Positions 50,507-59,916 of a stretch of DNA of 64,000 nt are shown here, in pieces. The DNA comes from Octopus sinensis. Taxonomy: Eukaryota. The position numbers were made by a program, and so were the translations under genes. A model generated the notes under the pieces. That model was given only the letters and a program-made list of their open reading frames with translations, had not been told where the DNA came from and did not search any database. The stretch is taken from assembly GCF_006345805.1 (NCBI RefSeq), contig NW_021831284.1, positions 372,001 to 436,000 of the forward strand, read 5' to 3'. Position 1 is the stretch's first letter, and every line of letters begins with the position of its first letter.

Positions 50507-51193
50507 AGTTTGACCTTAATCCCACTTTGTTTGACGTTAATCCCACATAGTTGGACCTTAATCCCACTTTGTTTGACGTTAATCCCACATAGTTGGACCT
50601 TAATCCCACTTTGTTTGACGTTAATCCCACATAGTTTGACCTTAATCCCACTTTGTTTGACGTTAATCCCACATAGTTTGACCTTAATCCCACTTTGTTT
50701 GACGTTAATCCCACATAGTTTGACCTTAATCCCACTTTGTTTGACGTTAATCCCACATAGTTTGACCTTAATCCCACTTTGTTTGACGTTAATCCCACAT
50801 AGTTTGACCTTAATCCCACTTAGTTTGACGTTAATCCACATAGTTTGACCTTAATCCCACATTGTTTGACGTTAATCCCACATAGTTTGACCTTAATCCC
50901 ACTTTGTTTGACGTTAATCCCACATAGTTTGACCTTAATCCCACTTTGTTTGACGTTAATCCCACATAGTTTGACCTTAATCCCACTTTGTTTGACGTTA
51001 ATCCCACATAGTTTGACCTTAATCCCACTTTGTTTGACGTTAATCCCACATAGTTTGACCTTAATCCCACTTTGTTTGACGTTAATCCCACATAGTTGGA
51101 CCTTAATTTCACTTTGTTTGACGTTAATCCCACATAGTTTGACCTTAATCCCACTTTGTTTGACGTTAATCCCACTTTGTTTGACCTTAATCC
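50507..51193 (+). repeat. 42-bp dimeric satellite, right arm
   Basis: Same alternating 21-mers, about 32 monomers, ending TTGACCTTAATCCT. Confidence 0.97.
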
Positions 51194-51326
51194 TATTTAG
51201 TATAGGAAATGGTATAGTGACGAGTTTGTTACATAGAAAATAAACATTTCAATAGCAATAGCTTCATCGGTCCAATTACCTTTTATGATATTAATTTTTG
51301 TGTCTGTTCTGCAGGCTAATTTACTT

Positions 51327-51923
51327 GCGGGGCTCATATAGACCGCAAAGGTCTACACCCGCTCTCCTGCCGCAAATGCCCTGGGAGGTTCCCCAGGCAC
51401 GGACAGCTTAATTCCATTATAAAGCGTCTGCTCGAGGCAACCGGCATCCCGTGCCAGCTGGAGCCCTCTGGCCTTAACAGGGGCGATGGCAAGAGGCCGG
51501 ACGGCGTCTCGCTCTTCCCGTTCAAGTGCGGCAAAGCGATCGTCTGGGACGCGACATGCTCTGACACTTTTGCGTCAACATGCCTTCTCGCGTCCGCGAT
51601 CGAAGCTGGCACAGCGGCGAGGAGGGCAGAGACCCGGAAGAAAGACAGTACGCCTCGCTCGCCGACAGATTCCTCTTTGTGCCTGTTTCAGTCGAAACAT
51701 CAGGCACATTCGGCCCAGCCACGCTACGTTTTCTCACCGAGAGAGGCCGTCACCTCGGGAGGATTAGAAACGACCCCCGCGAGGTCAATCGGCTTTTTGA
51801 GCGCGTCTCAATAGCCGTACTCAGGGGGAACAGTTTCTCTATTCTCTCTGCGGCTAGTAGCTGACTTCCTGTTCCATTTTCTTTTCTATTTCAAAAAAAA
51901 AAAAATTGATTTAAAAAAAAAAA
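51327..51923 (+). mobile_element. 5'-truncated CRE-like retrotransposon
   Basis: C.GLHPLSC (CCHC), GIPCQLEPSGLNRG.GKRPDG, WDATC, VPVSVETSG.FG, LFERVSIAVLRGNS; poly(A); (AA)TTTACTT duplicated at both ends. Confidence 0.85.
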
Positions 51924-51939
51924 TTTACTTCAATGTTTG

Positions 51940-52380
51940 CCAGTTTTCTGAGAATATCTTTTCCCACGGCTTATCGTGTGGTCCCAGGATCTATCGTATT
52001 TTGCACCAGGTAAATCTCCTCTACAATTGAACCCACTGGAATCGATCTGTATGATGGGAAGATTAACTTTTATTATGTCATTGTCACTCAAATGCGACGC
52101 TACGTGTGTGGATTCATTCTCGTCTAAGAACCTACTGATGCCCGCTTCTGCCCCTGGATCAATCGCTACAAAAACTAAAAGAAAGAAGATCCGGAAGTAC
52201 TCTTTACTTGCGGAGATTTAAGAATTCCTTTCTTTCGCAGTTGAGACCTCCGGTTCCATGGCAGGAAAGGCAATCAGCTTCGTTTCGGAGATCGGTTCTC
52301 GGATGTCTACATTCACGGGCGAAGCTCGAAAATCGAGATGGTTTTTTTCCTTGCGATAGTAGCTCTAATCTTTTCGTACG
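51940..52380 (+). mobile_element. Degenerate CRE-like RLE fragment
   Basis: TIEPTGIDL.DGK, CDATCVDSF, KIRKYSLL, FAVETSGSM and RENRDGFF with frameshifts. Confidence 0.7.
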
Positions 52381-52384
52381 CCTT

Positions 52385-52995
52385 GTCGTTCGTAAGCCTC
52401 TCTCAGCAGAAAAGGACTTGACCATAGCACCTGAGAAGAGCACCGTTTCATTGATGCAGAGAGGGAATCGTTGTGCGGCGTAGTGTGTTTATGCTATGGG
52501 TGGTTATGCTATGGATCTCTCCAAGAGCTTGAATTTACTTAATCATGGAGTAATTGTCAACTGTCGTGGCTCGTACGCCGACAACGTTGCAAATCAAAGG
52601 AAAAAAGGTTTAAGGATCCTTAAAAGCCTAACCAAGTTACATCTGGATCCGGAAACGTACATTTACGTGTGTACAGCCAGTACTCACATATCGCTACGAG
52701 AGCTAGTTCGGTACAGAGTAACTACCTTATCGAACAGTTGGAAAAAACAAGACTTTTCGCATTGAAACTGCCTAATTGTGTAAACCTTGACGGGAAGCTA
52801 AAAGACTTGCAAGAATCCTCTGTGCTCACCATCCAAATGATCCTGGAGAAAAGTTATATTAAGTAATTATAATTGTGGTTAGCATGGAAAGACACATTTT
52901 GGTGTCTTTTTTTATCTCCTCGTTATTGATTATTCCTTGTTTTTTGGGTTTTGGTCTGGAAAAATAAAAAACTATTCTATTCTAAACATATTTTA
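52385..52995 (+). mobile_element. 3' fragment of a third I-group LINE subfamily
   Basis: KDLTIAPEKSTV, LHLDPETYIYV, IEQLEKTRLFALKL; AATAAA followed by a (CTATT)n tail. Confidence 0.7.
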
Positions 52996-53034
52996 TTTTT
53001 ACTATTTTTTATTTTATTTCTACTAAATGATTTA

Positions 53035-53176
53035 TTTTTATAAATAAGACAACGAAAATCGTTAAGTCCCAGCGGCATGAACGCAGTGTGCGTTGCCCCG
53101 AACAATGGCCAGGCCGATGCGCTGGCGGAACCAGAGGCCCTCTCTCGTGTCCTTGAGCCTTCTCTGCGCTGGCGGA
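53035..53176 (-). mobile_element. Very short CRE-like insertion
   Basis: LWFRQRIGLAIVRGNAHCV; 13-bp TSD ACTAAATGATTTA at 53022 and 53177; internal 14-bp duplication at the 5' junction. Confidence 0.75.
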
Positions 53177-53229
53177 ACTAAATGATTTAAATATGGAATC
53201 TGAAACAACATTAATATTGTATTAAAACT

Positions 53230-54353
53230 TTTTATTTTTTTATTTTTTTTTTTTTTATAGAAATAAAACAAGACAAAAATTACAGATAGCTAAGTTAGTT
53301 AAAGGCCTCACGAGACACCCGACCAGCCGCGCGAATGGCGAAGACGTTCCCTCGGATCACAGCAATCGACAGACGTTCCAGGAGCCAAGAAAACTCTCTT
53401 GGATCGTGACTAGTCCTTGAAATCCGTCGACCGAGCGAGCGAAGGAAGCGGAGTGTCTTGGGACCGAAGATCCGGAGGACTCCAAGGCAATTGGAGTAAA
53501 GAGCAGCGAGTTGGACAGGTGGCCGTACTTGAGAATCTTTCGCTCCTCGGCCTGCCTGGAAGCGTGCCCAGGATTGGCGGCGGACAGCGCGAGATTTCCC
53601 AGCGAGAACGTGTCCGAGCAGGTAGAATCCCAAATAAGGGATTTCCCCTGCTCGTAGGGGAAGGTGGACATGCCGTCAGGGCGTTTGCCATCCCCTCTAT
53701 CCAATCCAACAGGTTCAAGGATAGACGGGATGCCTGCTGAGGCGAGGGCTCTCTGTACGACTGAGTTGAGTTCACTGTGACGGGGGGCACGACCGGCACT
53801 CCGCCGGCAAGCGAGGGGATGCAAACCGTACTCGTCAACAGTTCCCCCACAACGGCATTTGTGCGACTGGCAGATTTTCAGCCCGACACGGAGGGAGATT
53901 GCAATTCTTAGGCATTCCTTGTCCAACAGGTTCCCGATGGAAGGGAGAGGGAGAGCCTTTAACCAGACACCGCTGCTTTCACAGCGACCTGCACGGAGGC
54001 AAGCGACACGGTGTTGATTGGAGACAGGAAGCAGGCCTTCGAAGATTGCCTGACAAGAGATTTCGTCCCATTGGCGCTGTACAGATTGAGAGTTGGGCAG
54101 CTTCGAACCAAACCGAGCCTCCCACCGACCACGGGCTGCAGAGTAAACTTCAGACAATTTCCGTTCGGGGAGGTTTCTAAGAACGATGTCTGAGAGAGTA
54201 CGAGAAGCGTGATGAGCGGATAGGAATGCCGGGAGGGCAAGATCGGAATAGGATCTCAAGCCAAGGCCACCCCAGCGCACAGGCAGGGATGCCTGAGTCC
54301 AGCCTGGATCGTCGAAAGCCAGATTGCAAAGAGAGCTCGTACCGAGCCTGAGG
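53230..54353 (-). mobile_element. 5'-truncated CRE-like retrotransposon with the most complete C-terminus
   Basis: RWGGLGLRS..LALPAFL, WLKALP, CRCGGTVDEYGLHPLAC, RHSELN, DGKRPDG, WDSTC, PIALESSG, ERLSIAVIRGN; poly(A); 16-bp TSD ATATTGTATTAAAACT at 53214 and 54354. Confidence 0.92.
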
Positions 54354-54659
54354 ATATTGTATTAAAACTAATTATGAATAAATATAATAGTCAGTAATTG
54401 TTTCTCAAATTTTATTTTCCTTTACTGTTAGGTTAATTTCATTTTAAATCTTAATAATAAAATGGTATGGTGTGTGTGTCTGTCTGTCTGTCTGTGTGTC
54501 TGTCTGTCTGTCTGTCTGTGCACACCCACATTCAAATTGTTACAAACCAGATCAAATTGTCAAAACCTTCCCTTTTGTAGTTATTCGATAATGAGGCACA
54601 ATAAAAGGTTGATATCCTCTAAGAACTTCCTGTCAAAAAATTTTAATAAGAAAGAATAT

Positions 54660-55723
54660 CCTCGATGATGAGGTCCCCCAAAACCTTCAAGTCAATTTTC
54701 TGCGTTTTTGTTAAAATGAACAACAAGAAAGTCCTCGACTCACATGATGTGGTCCCCCAAAACCTTCAAGCCAAAAAATTAAAAAAAATTATTTTCTGCG
54801 TTTTTGTTAAAATGAACAACAAGAAAGTCCTCGACTCACATGATGTGGTCCCCCAAAACCTTCAAGCCAAAAAATTAAAAAAAATTATTTTCTGCGTTTT
54901 TGTAAAATGAACAACAAGAAAGTCCTCGACTCACATGATGTGGTCCCCCAAAACCTTCAAGCCAAAAAATTAAAAAAAATTATTTTCTGCGTTTTTGTTA
55001 AAATGAACAACAAGAAAGTCCTCGACTCACATGATGTGGTCCCCCAAAACCTTCAAGCCAAAAAATTAAAAAAATTATTTTCTGCGTTTTTGTTAAAATG
55101 AACAACAAGAAAGTCCTCGACTCACATGATGTGGTCCCCCAAAACCTTCAAGCTAAAAAATTAAAAAAATTATTTTCTGCGTTTTTGTTAAAATGACCAA
55201 CAAGAAAGTCCTCGACTCACATGATGTGGTCCCCCAAAACCTTCAAGGTAAAAAATTAAAAAAATTATTTTCTGCGTTTTTGTTAAAATGAACAACAAGA
55301 AAGTCCTCGACTCACATGATGTGGTCCCCCAAAACTTTCAAGCCAAAAAATTAAAAAAATTATTTTCTGCGTTTTTGTTAAAATAAACAACAAGAAAGTC
55401 CTCGACTCACATGATGTGGTCCCCCAAAACCTTCAAGCCAAAAAATTAAAAAAAATTATTTTCTGCGTTTTTGTTAAAATGAACAACAGAAAGTCCTCGA
55501 CTCACATGATGTGGTCCCTCAAAACCTTCAAGCCAAAAAATTAAAAAAAATTTTTCTGCGTTTTTGTTAAATGAACAACAAGAAAGTCCTCGACTCACAT
55601 GATGTGGTCCCCCAAAACCTTCAAGCCCCAAAATTAAAAAAAAAATATTTTCTGCGTTTTTGTTAAAATGAACGACAAGAAAGTCCTCGACTCACATGAT
55701 GAGGTCCTCCACAACCTTCAAGC
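54660..55723 (+). repeat. ~95-bp tandem array (about 11-12 units) inside Helitron 2
   Basis: Unit GTCCTCGACTCACATGATGTGGTCCCCCAAAACCTTCAAGCCAAAAAATTAAAAAAATTATTTTCTGCGTTTTTGTTAAAATGAACAACAAGAAA; homologous to, but distinct from, the Helitron 1 unit. Confidence 0.95.
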
Positions 55724-55817
55724 CTCGTGAGGCCATTAATTAGCTTAGCTATCTTTTTTCGATGACATAAATTCTTTTTTTTTTGTTAAATTTTCGTTAA
55801 AAAAATAAAATAAAAGC
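55724..55817 (+). mobile_element. Probable minimal CRE-like 3' end at the end of the array
   Basis: 55724-55754 matches the reverse complement of 53284-53314 at 28/31, then a T-rich tract and AAAAAAATAAAATAAAA. This segment is absent from the equivalent position of Helitron 1. Confidence 0.6.
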
Positions 55818-57374
55818 TCTAATTGTTATCGACCATGAATAGACTGTGCAATTATCAGATTTTGAAAACCACTAAAAAGGAAAAAGCAAAAATTATTAGA
55901 GATTTACATAATTGATTCTTTTTAACTGCCGAAACTGACAAATTCGATTATGCTACTGTTTAGATTTCTTAAAAGATAGAGGCAAATAAAATTAAATTAG
56001 TCATGTAAATTTCAATTTGCCTATATTTAAATCTCCTTGATTTAACAGGCTTTAATTTTTTTCCTTATAATACTACAAAGATAAAGCTGATTATTTTCTT
56101 TACCGAAACAGACAAGTTCGATTATGCTAAAGTTTCAATTCCTTTAAACATAGAGGCAATTAAGTATAATGGCTTTGATTGGATAATACACTTTACATAA
56201 TTTCACTAAATAAATTTACGTAGAAAATTTAATATAAATTACTGATTCGCGTTTACAAAATCATAAGCATGTCCTATAAAGAGAGATCTGAGAATGTTAA
56301 CAAACAAGAGAATATGAACCATATAACAAAAAAAGAGAAACGAGGGAAGATGTGCTTAAATGGTGAGGGAACTTAGACAACAGCTGAACAAGGTCAGGAC
56401 TGCTGTTAGACTCAACTACGGGTAATAGAATTATGCATTCTAGGTTAATTGTTGGGATGAATGTACGATGGCTCATAAAGGCGCATTCAAGCAGTTGACC
56501 GAACATATAGAGATATCAAGAATTGTAGCGACCATTTGTTTGGGGGAGCATTAGTTGTATTGGCAGGTGATTTTAGACAGACGCTGCCAATTATTCAAAG
56601 AGGGACGCCTGCGGATGAATTGAATGCCTGCCTCAAATCGTCATATTTGTGGACACACGTGAAAAAGGTAAGCTTAGATGTAAATGTACATGCACATTTA
56701 CAAGGCGTTAATAGCATATTCCCACAAATCCTTCTAGATATTGGAAATGGGGCAATCACTTCAGAAATGCACGACCAGAAAATTAGGCTACCGGAAGAAT
56801 TATGTATTTTCGTAAAAACAGCAGAAGAATTATTGAATGCCGTCTATTCCGAACTATCTGAACACTACGTGAATTTCGACTGGCTGCGTGAACGAGCTAT
56901 ATTAGCTCCACTTAATGATGAGGTACTTAATATAAATTTAGATTTATTAATGAAAATCCCTGGCAGAGAAAGAATATATAAATCGGTCGACGTTATTATG
57001 GACCATGAAAGGGCCTGCGATAGATTTAAGAGACTACAATTTCCGCTGAAGATAAGTTTTGCTATGACAATAAACAAGGCCCAGGGACAGTCTTTAAAGG
57101 TAGTAGGCTTATTTTTAGAGAACGAGTGCTTTTCACATGGCCAGCTGTATGTGGGGTGCTCAAGGGTAGGTAGAAGAGAAATTTATTTATATTTGCCAAG
57201 GATGGACGGACTGCAAACATCGTTTATCCACAGGCCTTAGAATAAGGTTATATCAAAGCAGGTCGCATTTATATATCTACATAAATTTATAGTTATTTAA
57301 GGAAACTGCGAGCGTAGCGAGCAGGGCCTCCGCAGGAGCTAGCTCGCAGTGAGCGAAGCGAACTGCTGAGCTAG

Positions 57375-57660
57375 TTCATAATAAATTTGTAGATTTTCGG
57401 GAAATTTTGTGTACATATTATATTCGAGTTTATTTAGTATGTCAAGCATTCTAATTTCCTCAGTTTCAATTCTATCACAACATTTTATCCTCTGCTGGGT
57501 TGAATAATTGTTTATTTTCCACAAGTCGTAAAATAAAATCATCCAAGTGCTCATCCGTCAGTCTAGTTTCAAAATGCCCTCTCCATCAAGAGTTTTGAAT
57601 AATAGTTCATTCAATAGATTTGAAAAATCGTGAAAAAGTTTTTCAGAGGTTTTAATGAAA
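57375..57660 (-). mobile_element. Probable pogo-type C-terminal remnant (Helitron 2 insertion site)
   Basis: Acidic tail and IQNS-type motif; the frame rejoins across the Helitron (..IYYE|FKMKLT*). Confidence 0.4.
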
Positions 57661-57676
57661 CATGTTTTTATAAATA

Positions 57677-59132
57677 CAGTGCTGGTAGAAAAAAACCGGT
57701 TTTGCAGTTACTAACTTTTTTTGGCAGATAGCATTTATTTTTTTAACTGAATTGAACTCTTTGTAGTTGATTAGATTTATATTTTTTTTATTTATAAAAA
57801 ATTTCATTAATCGTTTACAATTCGGATGATTTAAATTTTAGCGTGTGAATAAAAAACCGGTTTTCATTATTGAGTGATATTTTAGTAGTTGAATTTTTAG
57901 TTTTATAAGCAAATGTTAAATAAAATAATTAAAGGGAAGATTCTTGCTCTTTATGAGTTAAATTGGACGATAAAAGATATTGCAGATCATCTAAATACTC
58001 CAAAATCGACAATCGGAGATTTTCTTCGAAAATTCAAAAAATATGGAACTATTGATAGGATTCCTGGTTCTGGGCGTCCTAAAAAGCTTCAAAAAACAGA
58101 CGTTGAAATTTTATTGCATCTTGTTGAGTGCGATCCAAAAAAATCTTCTAACACGTTGAGGAATGAAATAAACCATTTAACTGGTAAGAGTGTCTTTAGA
58201 AAGACAATTGGAAATTACTTAAATTCCAATTTTCTCTTCGGAAGAGTATGTCAACGCAAACCGTTGCTTTCGAAGAAAAACATAATAAAAAGATATGAAT
58301 TGTCAAAAATTTTGATTCGGATGAACAATGACGCATGGAAAACTATTATTTTCTCTGATGAAGCATCTTTTCAGATTTTCCTACTAAAAAAAGGCAATAC
58401 AGTTATCGAAAAAAAAGTTCACGTTATGAATTGAGCCATACTACGCCGACAGTAAATTTGGTGGAGGCAGTGTTATGGTTTGGGGCTGTATCTCCTATCA
58501 AGGAGTGGGCAATTTAGTTTTTGTTAATGGAACCCTCAATTCCGCTAAATATATAAATGTTTTAACGAATAATTGTTCGTTTCGGCGCGAAAAATAAAAC
58601 TAAATCGGTTCACTTTCCAACAAGATTTGGCTCCCTGCCATCAATCTGCATTGACAACCAAGTTTTTGAAGAAAATAAAATTCCAATTTTTGATTGGGCT
58701 CCGCAATCTCCAGACATGAACCCAATGGAACATGTTTGGAGCATGATGAAGCAGAAGTATTCTTTAGATCCTGCAAAAAATAAACTGGATCTGGAAGTCA
58801 AATTAACAAAAATTTGGAACGAATTGCCGTCTGAAAGTATTCAGAAGTTAATTGATAGCATGCCTAAAAGGTCATACGAGCTATTTATTAATCGAGGATA
58901 CCACACAACATATTAACTGTTGATTTTGTTAACTCTTTTTGTTAAAACCGGTTTTTTATTCACATGCAAAAATTTAAATTTTTAAAATTTCGGCCGATTA
59001 TTGAAATTTTTTAAAAGTAAAAAAAATTATATATATAATCAACTTCAAACTCTTTATTTCATTTAGAAAATTAATAGCTATCCGCCAAAAAAAATTAGTA
59101 ACTGCAAAACCGGTTTTTTTCTACCAGCACTG
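57677..59132 (+). mobile_element. Tc1-family DNA transposon with both TIRs, ORF frameshifted
   Basis: TIR CAGTGCTGGTAGAAAAAAACCGGTTTTGCAGTTACTAA at both ends, TA flanks; GSGRPKKL, FSDEASF, FQQDLAPCH, WAPQSPDMNPMEHVW and LIDSMPKR motifs. Confidence 0.93.
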
Positions 59133-59139
59133 TATATGA

Positions 59140-59705
59140 AAAAGTTAACACGAGTTTATAAAGAGCCTGGAGGTCAGCTCAAAGTCGCCGCACTGCGTAT
59201 CGAGTGGCAGTTTCCGCGGAGCACCGCGACCGAGATTCGCTGGAAGAGCCAGCTCGTCTCCCTCCGGTCGTTGGTCTTTCTGGCAATCATCCTGGCAATG
59301 TCGGCAAGAAGGCGAGTCGCAGACCTGCCGACGATTCCAGATGTTTCGAAGGCGAGGGGGACAAACTCGTAAGAGTCCGAAATACTTCCATACTTCGTCC
59401 TCTTAGCGTCTTCAACCTGAGCACTGGCAGAACCCGGGTTGGTGATGGACTTGAGTAACACCATCACTTTGACAGAGACCGACTGGCTTTAGAGTGGAGG
59501 GGAAACCTGCCGACTCTAGTGCCCTTTTCACGATGTCATTGAGCTGAGTGTGGCGAGGAATTCTGCCAGCACTCTTCTTGCACGATAGGGCGTGCAAACC
59601 GTTCGGCGAGATCGTGGACCCGCACCGGCATGGGTGGGGCTGACAGATGTCCAGGCCCAAGCGTAAGCAAACACCAATCCGTAAGGATTCGTCGTCCAAA
59701 AAAAT
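59140..59705 (-). mobile_element. 5'-truncated CRE-like retrotransposon
   Basis: LDDESLRIGVCLRLG..CRCG..GLHALSC, PRHTQLNDIVKRAL, FVPLAFETSG, WLFQRISVAVLRGNC; deletion removes the RPDG/WDAT segment. Confidence 0.85.
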
Positions 59706-59729
59706 TGAAATCATTTATTAAAAAAATAG

Positions 59730-59804
59730 TTAAAAATTGAAAGAGCCTACCATAAGAGTTAAAGAGCCTTCAAAGGCTCGCGAGCCTGCTTTTGCCGACC
59801 CCTG
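59730..59804. mobile_element. Orphan hAT terminus
   Basis: TTGCCGACCCCTG terminus with repeated AAAGAGCC subterminal motifs. Confidence 0.55.
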
Positions 59805-59916
59805 GCCTACATCGATGATAACAAGCATATGACAATGGAACATATAGCCTCTGTTTTCTCTTCCATTTAAAAAAAAATTTCCCGAATGATGTTATATTTA
59901 ATGTATATTTTCATTA

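Larger units (their letters stand above)
54449..57374 (+). mobile_element. Non-autonomous Helitron 2 (PIF1 helicase remnants)
   Basis: A|TCTTAATAAT 5' end shared with Helitron 1, (GTCT)n, CTAG|T 3' end with hairpin. FGG..VVLAGDFRQTLP, ERAILAPLN and [13 protein letters not shown]. Confidence 0.92.

Noticed and set aside
44475-51193. CRISPR-like array or telomeric repeat; repetitive ORFs (GLTSNKV, LTLIP)
   Set aside because: No unique spacers; TAATCCC is not a TTAGGG-type array and the block is interstitial. The ORFs are artefacts of a stop-free 21-bp period.
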